DNA from: Acaryochloris thomasi RCC1774
GTDB taxonomy: Bacteria > Cyanobacteriota > Cyanobacteriia > Thermosynechococcales > Thermosynechococcaceae
Assembly (NCBI RefSeq): GCF_003231495.1
Contig: NZ_PQWO01000021.1
Span: forward strand, 1 to 32,000
DNA: 32,000 nt
Direction: 5' to 3'
In this document: piece by piece, positions 1 to 8,585 of the stretch
How positions within the stretch are numbered: the first letter of the stretch is position 1
How the letters are laid out: each line of letters begins with the position of its first letter
The notes under the pieces: generated by a model
What the model was told of the DNA's origin: nothing
Seen by the model: only the letters and a program-made list of their open reading frames with translations
The model's database searches: none
Made by a program: the position numbers and the translations under genes

Positions 1-75
1 GAGTGGTACGTAAGTCCGAAAGCTAAGGTCTCTGATGTGTAGAGTAGATTTAAAATCGTTAATGCATTGCGATAG

Positions 76-749
76 AAGGCTTACAGGGATCCTGTGAGAA
101 AAATTAGGCGTATGTCGGCATGACCCCTATGGGGCGAAGGCGTCACGCAGCAGAATATCAGCGATGCCCTCCGTAAGATGGGCGTGACTCGAAAAAAAAG
201 ACCTATGGCTACCAAGAGCGTGACGAAGTAGAGCGCCAAGCCTTTGTCGAGCGTCTGAGTACAAAGCGTCCAGACCAGCTTACCTATGTAGATGAAGCCG
301 GCATTGATAATCGTGACGACTATCCCTATGGATACTGCGCGATAGGGGAGCGCTTTCATTGTCTTAAGTCAGGCAAGCGGACCGAGCGCGTGAGTTTTAT
401 CGGTGCCGTCAAGGAGAAAGTTCTATTTGCCCCCATCACCTTTGAAGGTTCGTGCAACCGCAGCTTATTCGAGATGTGGCTTCAAGAGTGTCTGTTGCCG
501 CAGTTAAAGCCGGGAGATGTCATCGTCATTGACAATGCCAGTTTTCATAAAGGCCAAGCAATTGAGGAAATGGTCGCTGATGCGGGTTGTGAGATTTGGT
601 ATCTACCGCCCTATTCACCCGACCTCAACAAGATAGAGCGCTGGTGGTTTGTGCTTAAAAACTGGATGAAGCAGCGGTGGGGTGAATTTGAGACCTTTCG
701 AGACTGTGTCGATGCTGCTTTCAGGGAGTGTCCTGACGTATGTGCGTAG
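76..749 (+). mobile_element. Decayed IS630-family transposase gene (DDE domain); element termini not identified
   Basis: Frame 1 (124-198) reads PLWGEGVTQQNISDALRKMGVTRKK. After the A8 run (192-199) the -1 frame continues KTYGYQERDEVERQAF..YVDEAGIDNRDDY..VIDNASFHKG..LPPYSPDLNKIERWW (listed ORF 390-749), which matches the IS630/Tc1-type DDE layout. In-frame stops at 73-75 and 121-123, and no intact N-terminal HTH part in 1-120. Confidence 0.75.
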
Positions 750-769
750 CGCTATATGAGTTGTCTTTT

Positions 770-1221
770 TGCTGCTGGCGTATCGATTTAGTCCTCTGCT
801 TCCAACGAGCTTTTGTGTTGAGCTGCGCCTTTTGATCTTGCTTCCGGTTCAGGTAGGCTTCTTCTTTCTGAAGCTTTTGGTAGCTCTGGAGTCGCGACTG
901 CTCCAATTGGCGAGCCGTCAGGGCTGCTTGGATCGCACAGCCGGGTTCCTGCTGGTGCCGACAGTCTCGAAAGCGGCACTGCGTTGTAAGGGGACTGTCA
1001 ACTTAACTGTAGTTGGTCCCATTTATTGAGAATACGAGTTCTTTCCCAAGCCTGTGATGCTTAATCTATCGTTGTCAAAAAGAGTCACTTTGCAATCAGA
1101 AAGTAGAAAATGGGTTAAGTTGACAGTCCCCTGTAAAACTCTGATTTTCTTAGGATTTGACTTGCATAGAGAATGACCGGATCTGGCCTGCGGGAATAGT
1201 TCTCGATGTTCTTGGTTTTGT
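770..1221 (-). pseudogene. rsgA: C-terminal remnant of ribosome small-subunit GTPase RsgA/YjeQ, interrupted by the 989-1132 insert and carrying an in-frame stop
   Basis: Minus-strand translation of 988 down to ~770 gives [42 protein letters not shown], the C-x-F-x-D-C-x-H-x3-P-G-C zinc knuckle plus C-terminal helix typical of RsgA. With 989-1132 conceptually removed, the same frame continues upstream as TSRTIPAGQIRSFSMQVKS*ENQSF (DTPGxRxF-like). There is no room for the GTPase domain because hypC occupies 1244 onward. Confidence 0.5.
989..1132. mobile_element. MITE-like non-coding element with 19-bp perfect terminal inverted repeats
   Basis: aggggactgtcaacttaac (989-1007) is the exact reverse complement of gttaagttgacagtcccct (1114-1132). 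GTA/TA is present on both outer flanks (986-988 and 1133-1135). The ~106-bp interior has no ORF. It sits inside the rsgA-like reading frame. Confidence 0.6.
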
Positions 1222-1243
1222 TTAGCCTCTAGATCAAAGACTT

Positions 1244-1474
1244 TTAATTATGCATTTGCTGTATAAGATCTAGAGTAATCTTGGCTTCCTCAGGATCAAG
1301 AACACTCAGCGCAAACCCTACATGGACAATGACATAATCCTCAAGGTCAGCTTTAGGCACGTAAGCAAGATTCACCTCTTTACATACTCCACCAAAGTTC
1401 ACCTTCCCGGTGCGAAGGAGCGGATCACCACTTTCGGTAGTACTCACAATCTTTCCTGGAATAGCTAGACACAT
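1244..1474 (-). CDS. hypC: Hydrogenase maturation chaperone HypC/HupF
   Basis: 76 aa beginning MCLAIPGKIV (canonical HypC N-terminal Cys2 motif). Overlaps the hypF stop by 10 nt. Confidence 0.93.
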   Translation of the reverse strand: MCLAIPGKIVSTTESGDPLLRTGKVNFGGVCKEVNLAYVPKADLEDYVIVHVGFALSVLDPEEAKITLDLIQQMHN

Positions 1475-3852
1475 GAACTGGTCCTCGGTGGAAGTGGTTG
1501 CGGGTCTGAGAGAACGTCTTGAATATTTATTGAACTTCTATGACTTCGTTTGATAGACATCACTTGGCCTAGAGCAATGCCTCCATCATTGGTTGGAATT
1601 TGCTGATGCCAGTAAGGTTGAAAATTCTCTTCCCGTAAGCGTTTCGAGGTTCGTTCGCTTAAGTACCGATTTTGGAAGCATCCGCCTGTGAGGACAACGT
1701 AAGATTCTCCAACCCGATGGGATACATTGACGATGATTTCTACTAACGTGTTGTGAAATTTAGATGAGATGAGGCCGGCATCAAGACCCACCGCGATATC
1801 TTCTAGGATAGCGTTGAGCATGGGCCTCCAGTCCACAATTAGGGGTAATGTAGACGATATTTGAACGGGATAGTGTTCTTCTGTCTCAAAACCGGTGAGT
1901 GCAGACTCTAAGGCTGCGGCGGCCTGTCCTTCATAGCTAGAAATTTGCACCTTGTTTGTGAGGGATGCGATCGCATCAAATAACCGCCCTACACTAGAGG
2001 TCATCGGTGTATTAATGTGGCGGTCCAACATTGTATACAACAACTTCAAAGACTGAGGTGAAAAGGCTTGCATTGGAGCAAGTTGTTTCTGCTCTATCGC
2101 TTCACCGAAGCAGCTATAGAGTAAGCCAAGGGCAGCGCGTCGGGGTTCTTGAATCGCTTTCTCACCTCCTGGCAGTTGAAAGGGGCGCAGGTATCCTACC
2201 CGCTCAAATCCAGAGGTTGTAATTCGCAGAAACTCTCCTCCCCAAAGGGTGCCGTCTAAACCGTAGCCGCTGCCATCCCAAGCAATGCCAAGTGCTGCCC
2301 TTTCTAAAGGGTGCTCAGCTATACAGGCCAGGACATGAGCATAGTGATGCTGAACCGGAATTACTGGAACTTGCCACTCCTGAGCGAATGTATGAGCGGC
2401 TTGCGTAGAGGCGTAGTCTGGATGAGCATCACAGGCAATGATATCGGGCTGACAGTCGTAAATCTGGAGAAAGTCACGGATGGTTTTCTGAAAACGCTTC
2501 AGGGATTGAACGGTTCCTAGATCGCCGAGATGAGGACTGAGGAAGATGCGATCGCCAAGGGATAAGGCGATGGTGTTTTTAAGATGAGCGCCAACGGCAA
2601 GAATTGTAGGGGGAGATGAGAGTTTTGAATTTTGAATGGGGGACGGGGAGATGGGGAGGGGTGCGTATCCTCGGGCGCGGCGGAGGATTTGGGGTTGGTT
2701 GTTGATGACTTGAATAATGGAGTCGTCACTAGGGCTTAGGATGGGGCGGTTATGGATGAGGTATAGATCTGCGAGTCCTTTGAGGTCTTGCGGTGTTTGC
2801 CTTTCGTTGAAGCAAATAGGTACGCCGCTGGGGTTGCCGCTGGTGGCTACTACTGGAAAATCCAGGTCTGCCATGAGCAGATGGTGCAGTGGTGTGTAAG
2901 GCAGCATGATGCCGAGGTGGGGGTATCCGGGTGCGACGGCTTCGGCAATGTTGTTCTCGGGATCGACCCTCACTGAGTTTTTTTGCTTTCGTTTCAGGAG
3001 AACGATGGGGGCCGTGTGAGATCGCAACAATTCCGCCTCCACTTCTAAAATTTCACAATCGTGCCTCACTCGTTTCAAGGACGGATACATCAAGGCAAAG
3101 GGTTTATCCGGTCGGTGTTTCCGTTCTCTCAGGCGTTCAACTGCCGCTTGATTTCGGGCATCAACCATTAAGTGAAAGCCCCCTAAACCTTTGACGGCCA
3201 ATATCTTTCCCTGCCGGATTGCTTCAGCCGCGTGCTGTATAGGCTCGTCTTGCCAACCTTCTTCTAACTGTCCTTCTTCGTTCCATAATTCAACTTGGGG
3301 ACCACATATGGGACAGGCATTTGGCTGAGCGTGGAACCGACGCGATAGTGGATCTGTGTACTCTGATTGACAGTCTGGGCACATCTTAAAGTGCCTCATC
3401 GTTGCGTTGTGACGGTCGTAGGGGAGAGATTGGATGATGCTGTATCGAGGTCCGCAGTTGGTGCAGTTGGTGAAGGGGTAGCGATACCTGCGATCGCAAG
3501 GGTCAAATATCTCTCGCAGGCAGTCAGCACAGGTGGCAATATCAGGCAGCAACAGCGCAGTTGAAGATCCTTCAGTACTCGGGCGAATCTCAAAGGATGT
3601 ATAGCCAATGGGGGCATCGTCAGTACACTCAATCATCTCGATCACAGCACGAGGCGGTAGATCATTTTTCAGTTGCCCTAGAAATGAGTTAAGTAAGTGA
3701 GTTGGGCCTTCCACTTCAATTTCAACTCCCTGAGCTGAATTATTCACCCAACCCTTCAGGTCCAGGTTGATTGCCAATCGATAGACAAATGGACGGAACC
3801 CGACACCTTGAACTGCTCCCTGAAGGGTCAAACAAAGTCGCCGCAAAGTCAT
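1465..3852 (-). CDS. hypF: Carbamoyltransferase HypF
   Basis: 795 aa. N-terminal acylphosphatase-like GVGFRPFVYRLA, paired Zn-finger CxxC motifs (CADCLREIFDPCDRRYRYPFTNCTNCGPRYS; CPDC..CPICGP), and YrdC-like and Kae1-like C-terminal parts. Confidence 0.95.
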   Translation of the reverse strand: MTLRRLCLTLQGAVQGVGFRPFVYRLAINLDLKGWVNNSAQGVEIEVEGPTHLLNSFLGQLKNDLPPRAVIEMIECTDDAPIGYTSFEIRPSTEGSSTALLLPDIATCADCLREIFDPCDRRYRYPFTNCTNCGPRYSIIQSLPYDRHNATMRHFKMCPDCQSEYTDPLSRRFHAQPNACPICGPQVELWNEEGQLEEGWQDEPIQHAAEAIRQGKILAVKGLGGFHLMVDARNQAAVERLRERKHRPDKPFALMYPSLKRVRHDCEILEVEAELLRSHTAPIVLLKRKQKNSVRVDPENNIAEAVAPGYPHLGIMLPYTPLHHLLMADLDFPVVATSGNPSGVPICFNERQTPQDLKGLADLYLIHNRPILSPSDDSIIQVINNQPQILRRARGYAPLPISPSPIQNSKLSSPPTILAVGAHLKNTIALSLGDRIFLSPHLGDLGTVQSLKRFQKTIRDFLQIYDCQPDIIACDAHPDYASTQAAHTFAQEWQVPVIPVQHHYAHVLACIAEHPLERAALGIAWDGSGYGLDGTLWGGEFLRITTSGFERVGYLRPFQLPGGEKAIQEPRRAALGLLYSCFGEAIEQKQLAPMQAFSPQSLKLLYTMLDRHINTPMTSSVGRLFDAIASLTNKVQISSYEGQAAAALESALTGFETEEHYPVQISSTLPLIVDWRPMLNAILEDIAVGLDAGLISSKFHNTLVEIIVNVSHRVGESYVVLTGGCFQNRYLSERTSKRLREENFQPYWHQQIPTNDGGIALGQVMSIKRSHRSSINIQDVLSDPQPLPPRTSSCV

Positions 3853-3961
3853 GATCCATATCCCGCGAAAGTTGTTGAGTTTAGCGGGATCACACTTGAT
3901 CTATTCCCCCTGAATTGTGGGGCCGGGGGGGCCAATGCAGCGCTCATAGAATTCATGAAAT

Positions 3962-4807
3962 TCAACGCTTCAAGATGTTTTTCCCATACTCCAACCTTAG
4001 ATTGCTAGTCTGCGAAAGTTGTGAGATCTGAGCTTGCTGAATGCCATTATCCAGATAGGCGTACCAATGTTCCATGCCTTCTCCAGTTCTGGCAGAGACT
4101 TCAAAGATTGTGGCTTGAGGGGCTATTTTTTGGATATTTGCGATCGCACTCTCCCGATCCCATCCCACCGCATCAGCAATATCGGCTTTGTTAACAATGA
4201 CCACCTGAGCCGATTTAAACATCGTCGGATACTTCAGCGGCTTGTCTTCCCCTTCCGTCACGGATAAAAGCACCACGCGCAGATGTTCTCCTAGATCAAA
4301 GGCCGCAGGACAAACCAGATTGCCCACATTCTCAATGATTAATAGATCCCATTGTGCCTTTGGTAAACGTTCTACCGCCTTTGCGATCATCCCAGCTTCT
4401 AGATGACAGGCATTCCCGGTCGTAATGTGAACTGCTGTGGTCCCAGCTTTTTCAAGACGTTGGGCATCGTTGTCGGTGGCTAAATCCCCGACGATGACCC
4501 CAATTTGCCAGCGATCGCGACAATCTTTTACCAAGCGCTCAATCAAAGCCGTCTTGCCCGATCCAGGCGCTGAGAGGATATTGATGACCTGCCAGCACTG
4601 AGCATCGAAGAAGGACCGGTTTTGGGCTGCGATGCGATCGTTCTGACTCAGAAGATTCGTTTGAATCTCAAGACGACGCGGCAAAGGCTCCATCAGATCT
4701 GGTTTGCTTTCCGTCTGGAGCTGACTCGGCTGCTCAGGAATATGAACGTGATGCTCATAACCAATCTGGATCGGCCCAACCTCACTACAGCCGCAATCTT
4801 GACACAT
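3962..4807 (-). CDS. hypB: Hydrogenase nickel-incorporation GTPase HypB
   Basis: N-terminal MCQDCGC metal site, P-loop SAPGSGKTALIERL, and NKADI-type G4 (VIVNKADI). ATG at 4807-4805 overlaps the hypA TGA by 1 nt (TGATG). The ORF track start at 4810 is a TTG one codon upstream. Confidence 0.93.
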   Translation of the reverse strand: MCQDCGCSEVGPIQIGYEHHVHIPEQPSQLQTESKPDLMEPLPRRLEIQTNLLSQNDRIAAQNRSFFDAQCWQVINILSAPGSGKTALIERLVKDCRDRWQIGVIVGDLATDNDAQRLEKAGTTAVHITTGNACHLEAGMIAKAVERLPKAQWDLLIIENVGNLVCPAAFDLGEHLRVVLLSVTEGEDKPLKYPTMFKSAQVVIVNKADIADAVGWDRESAIANIQKIAPQATIFEVSARTGEGMEHWYAYLDNGIQQAQISQLSQTSNLRLEYGKNILKR

Positions 4808-5148
4808 CAAGACACCTCCAGCGATGTTAGTTCCAGCTCTCGCCCCTGCCGTAACTCAGTCGTGAGCTGATTACAAATCGGACAGCTATAAATCCAATCG
4901 TCAGGATGAAAATCTTGCTGGCAAGTTGAGCAGTAGCAGAGCACCGGAACCGTTTCCAATTCCAATTGAGCCTCGGCAGCAATAGTGCCAGCAGTCACGA
5001 TCTCAAAAGCTAAGGTAAGAGCATCTGGAATCACACCAGACAGTTCTCCGACCCGCAACTTAATCCAGTGAATCCGCTGTGCACCCTGCTGAGCCGCTTG
5101 GGCCAGTGCGAGATCGAGCGCATTCTGCATGATGCTTACTTCATGCAT
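4807..5148 (-). CDS. hypA: Hydrogenase nickel insertion protein HypA
   Basis: 113 aa starting MHEVSIMQNALD (the MHE nickel site). C-terminal Zn motif CxxC..CPxC (CYCSTC..CPIC). Confidence 0.93.
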   Translation of the reverse strand: MHEVSIMQNALDLALAQAAQQGAQRIHWIKLRVGELSGVIPDALTLAFEIVTAGTIAAEAQLELETVPVLCYCSTCQQDFHPDDWIYSCPICNQLTTELRQGRELELTSLEVS

Positions 5149-5663
5149 ATGGGTTCCTCGGGTGTGGATAAGCCCGCCATCTTCTGCGTTGGAATTAGGG
5201 TCTGGATGATCTCTAAAGCCTCTGCTATGCCTTCCTCAGCCGTTGCCGACAGGTGTTCACCCATCGAAAAGTCTTCAGCGGGTACTGCTACCGACCAGGC
5301 GTGGGGCCGATGACCATAGGTAGACTGAGCGAGGGCCAATAGCGACTGCGGGTCACAGGTATGCCCTAAAGCTGGGACAGAGCTTCCCGGTGTTTCACAC
5401 CCTAGGGCTTCGAGGGGTCTAACTTGAACATTATGGGGACCGTTAAACTGACAGGCATCAACAAATATGACCCATTCAGAGTTGGCGAGTTCTTCAGCAA
5501 GTTCTGGCGTCAACTGATGCAAAATCTTGGTTTGGACCGTCGGCACCTGCCAGTCTTCAATCGCATTCACAATTCTGGGACCAATGGCGTCATCTCCTAG
5601 GAGTTCATTGCCATAACCAATCACCAAAACCGAATGCGTGGGAAGGGTGCTTTTCATAATCAT
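5136..5663 (-). CDS. NiFe-hydrogenase maturation endopeptidase (HoxW/HupW/HybD family)
   Basis: 175 aa. VLVIGYGNELLGDDAIGPRI matches the GNxxxxDDG signature of hydrogenase C-terminal processing proteases. Its 3' end overlaps the hypA start by 13 nt. I cannot tell HoxW from HupW subtype from sequence alone. Confidence 0.85.
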   Translation of the reverse strand: MIMKSTLPTHSVLVIGYGNELLGDDAIGPRIVNAIEDWQVPTVQTKILHQLTPELAEELANSEWVIFVDACQFNGPHNVQVRPLEALGCETPGSSVPALGHTCDPQSLLALAQSTYGHRPHAWSVAVPAEDFSMGEHLSATAEEGIAEALEIIQTLIPTQKMAGLSTPEEPICMK

Positions 5664-5772
5664 GCTCTCTATAAAGCGTGAGGATTGTCTACATTTACTC
5701 TAGGGCCAAAAGTTGAGGAGAATGTGAAGCTTTGCCAGATCCTCAGACCCCATATTGCTGAATCATTAGGGG

Positions 5773-7386
5773 CTAGGAACTGCCTGCCACTGCTAATGCA
5801 GATGATTTTTGAGATTGCTCAGCAATAATGCATTCGGTGGTTAAGACCATCTCGGCAATCGATGCTGCATTCCTGAGGGCGGAACGAGTGACCTTCGCAG
5901 GGTCAACGATACCAGCTTCAAACAAATCAACAATCTCTCCGGTTTCGGCATTGTAGCCGGTGTTGAAGGGCTGATTTTTGAGATGTTCAATGACGAGTGC
6001 TCCATTGTGACCTGCATTGATGGCAATTCGGCGCAGAGGGGCTTCTAACGCCCGTCCCACAATCATGGCTCCAACCAGTTCATCTCCGGTTAAGTGCTCT
6101 GCAGACCAAGCTTCTAGATCAGGAATGAGATGGACATAGGTGGTTCCCCCACCCGGCACAATCCCCTCATCAACAGCAGCTTTCGTGGCATTGATGGCGT
6201 CCTCTAGCTTGAGCTTGCGCTCCTTCATTTCGGTCTCAGTTGCAGCCCCGACTTTAATGACGGCGACGCCGCCGGTTAGTTTGGCTAGCCGTTCTTCTAG
6301 TTTCTCTTGGTCGTAAGCAGAATCAGTCTCTTCAATTTGATAGCGGATTTGCTCACAGCGGGTTTGCACGGCCTGTTCATTGCCTTCTGCCACAAGAGTT
6401 GTGTGGTCCTTCGTAAGGGTGAGGCGACGGACTTGGCCGAGATGCTCTAGCTCAGCCTGTTCGAGCTGGAGACCTGTCTCTGCGGAGATGACTTGTCCCC
6501 CAGTAAGGGCAGCAATATCTTCAAGGATGGCTTTGCGGCGATCTCCAAACCCCGATGCTTTGACCGCAGCCACTTTCAGAATGCCCTGGAGCCGATTCAC
6601 CACTAGGGCTGCTAACGCTTCTTGTTCAATATTTTCGGCAATGATCAGTAGGGGCTTACCACTTTTAGACACCTGCTCCAAAATGGGGACTAAATCCTGA
6701 ACCCGGCTGATTTTCTGTTCCGTCAATAGGATGTAAGCATCTTCATAGAGCGTCTCCATCCGTTCGGCATCGGTGACGAAGTAGGGCGAAATGTATCCCC
6801 GATCGAATCGCATTCCCTCTGTCATTTCAACCTCAGTTTGGATGGACTTGCCATCTTCAAGGGAAAGGGTGCCTGCCTCGCCGACCTCCGCCATTGCTTT
6901 GGCAATCATGCGACCAATTGCGGCATCGTTACCGGCTGAAATTGTACCGACCTGAGCCATCGTTTCTGAGTCTTTGACCGGCTGTGCGTGTTCAAGAATG
7001 AGGTCCAGCATAGTTCGCGTGGCCTGCTCAATCCCCCGCCGAATCGCCATCGGATTAGCTCCAGCCGCTACATTACGCAAGCCTTCGTGAATGATGGCTT
7101 GGCCCAGAACGACGGCGGTGGTAGTGCCATCTCCGACAACATCATTGGTTTGAGAAGCCACCTGTCTGAGCAGTGAGACCCCCGTATTTTCAATGTGATC
7201 TTCAAGCTCAATGTCTTTGGCAATGGTGAAACCATCGTTGACAATTTTGGGCGCACCGAATTTTTGACCGAGAACGACATTTCGCCCTTTTGGCCCTAAG
7301 GTCACTCCGACCGCTTCGGCCAGGACATCAATCCCGCGTTCCAGAGCTGAGCGTGCTGCATCATCGTAGGTCAAAGATTTAGCCAT
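5773..7386 (-). CDS. groEL: Chaperonin GroEL paralogue (Cpn60), no adjacent groES
   Basis: Starts [39 protein letters not shown] and carries GDGTTT and GGG nucleotide-site motifs. The C-terminus ends [16 protein letters not shown] with no GGM repeats. I chose the ATG at 7386 (canonical MAK start) over the ORF-track start at 7464. Confidence 0.93.
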   Translation of the reverse strand: MAKSLTYDDAARSALERGIDVLAEAVGVTLGPKGRNVVLGQKFGAPKIVNDGFTIAKDIELEDHIENTGVSLLRQVASQTNDVVGDGTTTAVVLGQAIIHEGLRNVAAGANPMAIRRGIEQATRTMLDLILEHAQPVKDSETMAQVGTISAGNDAAIGRMIAKAMAEVGEAGTLSLEDGKSIQTEVEMTEGMRFDRGYISPYFVTDAERMETLYEDAYILLTEQKISRVQDLVPILEQVSKSGKPLLIIAENIEQEALAALVVNRLQGILKVAAVKASGFGDRRKAILEDIAALTGGQVISAETGLQLEQAELEHLGQVRRLTLTKDHTTLVAEGNEQAVQTRCEQIRYQIEETDSAYDQEKLEERLAKLTGGVAVIKVGAATETEMKERKLKLEDAINATKAAVDEGIVPGGGTTYVHLIPDLEAWSAEHLTGDELVGAMIVGRALEAPLRRIAINAGHNGALVIEHLKNQPFNTGYNAETGEIVDLFEAGIVDPAKVTRSALRNAASIAEMVLTTECIIAEQSQKSSALAVAGSS

Positions 7387-7442
7387 GGTGTCTACTCTCC
7401 TGTGTTGACTTGCGGGGGATGGTTGCCTGGTGAGCTTTTTCT

Positions 7443-7655
7443 TTAACGGTCTCGTTCCAACCAATCAAAGATCAGGTTTAGCTGTTCCAACGTCACTAAA
7501 CCGTAGTGCCACAACGCGATGGATAGGGGGCCGTGATCGCGTTGACTGAGCTTGGTTGCAGTTGCGATCGCAGAGGGCGATAGTTCTAAATCATTTTGCA
7601 GAAACTGGAGGAAGCGGGGATAGTTGGTGAGCCACATGGTGAGGATGGATTTCAC
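7443..7655 (-). CDS. DUF2949-family small cyanobacterial protein
   Basis: 70 aa with [43 protein letters not shown], which matches my memory of DUF2949 (..[25 protein letters not shown]). The start is GTG 7655 or ATG 7637. Confidence 0.65.
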   Translation of the reverse strand: MKSILTMWLTNYPRFLQFLQNDLELSPSAIATATKLSQRDHGPLSIALWHYGLVTLEQLNLIFDWLERDR

Positions 7656-7758
7656 TATGGCTAAATTTGTAGTGCTTAAACCTGAGGAACTTGTGAGGGG
7701 AATTTGAGAGACATTTGCAGTCTGGCAGTGGTCTAAATGCCTGGAACTAAAGTTTCGT

Positions 7759-7799
7759 CATAAGTTCTTCAAACTATTGATCTACGTTAAAGGTGAAGC
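7759..7799 (+). repeat. Copy 1 of a recurrent 26-45 nt upstream element
   Basis: cataagttcttcaaactattgatcta matches 22346-22371 at 24 of 26 positions. The following ..ttaaaggtgaagc resembles ..ttcaagtggagc of copy 3. Its TTGATC lies 72 nt before ATG 7855. Confidence 0.6.
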
Positions 7800-7854
7800 C
7801 AAAGCGGCATTGCTGCTGCGGATATTATCCGATGTATTTCAAGGAGGGGTAATC

Positions 7855-7965
7855 ATGTATGGTTTCTGGCCCCCAGATGTCTTTACATACATTTTGGTCA
7901 AAATCATTGTTTTGGCCCTTGTCATTCTGATGTGGTGGATGCTCCGAGCGCCCACTGTTGTCTGA
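7855..7965 (+). CDS. Possible 36-aa hydrophobic micro-protein
   Basis: ATG 7855 is preceded by a strong SD, AAGGAGG (7841-7847), at about 7-nt spacing. Product MYGFWPPDVFTYILVKIIVLALVILMWWMLRAPTVV has one predicted TM helix. No homology recognised. Confidence 0.35.
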   Translation: MYGFWPPDVFTYILVKIIVLALVILMWWMLRAPTVV

Positions 7966-8021
7966 ATTACTCAGTAAAAAGAGAACGTTTCCCCTGTGAT
8001 AAACAGGTTGGAGGTGGCAGG

Positions 8022-8561
8022 ATGTTCGCAACAAAAACCCTGCGGATATTCTTGATGGCTGCAATTGCAACCCTAATCGCAGGAACTGGACTCCCAATGT
8101 CGGCAGTCTCTCAAGCGACCAAGCCAAAAGGTATCGAGACGCTTGCTGATGGAGACTATCAGTTCTGCAGCCAACCCGTCCCCAAAGACTGGCGGGATGG
8201 GGCAGGGGCTTGCTTTAGCTTTGCTAAACGGGGAGATCGCCTAGATGGCTACTACGGCTTTCCTCATTCTGGGGATCTTGTTTGTCTGCGTGGCCGAGCA
8301 CAGCGAACTCAGATGATCGGTCAGGCATTGGTCATTTCCTGGCCCGGTCATACTTGGTCTAATACTCCACCTATGTTTCAGTGGAAGTTGGACAACTACT
8401 TGACCCTCAATAGTGGCTATGTCATCCGCAGCATCAAGGAAGAAACTGGACCTGTTGCTTGGATTCAGTTTGATGCTGCCGTATTGAACCTTGACGGTTT
8501 TTATCAATATCCTGAGGTCAAAATGAGTTCTCCTGAACAGCTTTGTGGTTGGGATTATTGA
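8022..8561 (+). CDS. Secreted hypothetical protein (signal peptide)
   Basis: ATG 8022 follows GGAGG (8010-8014). N-terminus MFATKTLRIFLMAAIATLIAGTGLPMSAVSQA looks like a Sec signal peptide. No family recognised. Confidence 0.6.
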   Translation: MFATKTLRIFLMAAIATLIAGTGLPMSAVSQATKPKGIETLADGDYQFCSQPVPKDWRDGAGACFSFAKRGDRLDGYYGFPHSGDLVCLRGRAQRTQMIGQALVISWPGHTWSNTPPMFQWKLDNYLTLNSGYVIRSIKEETGPVAWIQFDAAVLNLDGFYQYPEVKMSSPEQLCGWDY

Positions 8562-8585
8562 TCGATCTTTTACTGGAGTAGAACG

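Noticed and set aside
81-359. 92-aa minus-strand ORF
   Set aside because: It lies antisense to clearly recognisable IS630 transposase frames and has no motif of its own, so it is a shadow ORF.
7387-7464. 26-codon N-terminal extension of the groEL ORF (track start 7464)
   Set aside because: The canonical GroEL start MAK.. is at 7386. The extension is Arg/Pro-rich and would overlap the DUF2949 gene.
7670-7678. tagtgctta, resembling one half of the CIRCE heat-shock operator (GAGTGCTAA), upstream of DUF2949/groEL
   Set aside because: There is no matching TTAGCACTC half-site 9 nt away, so this is not a CIRCE element.
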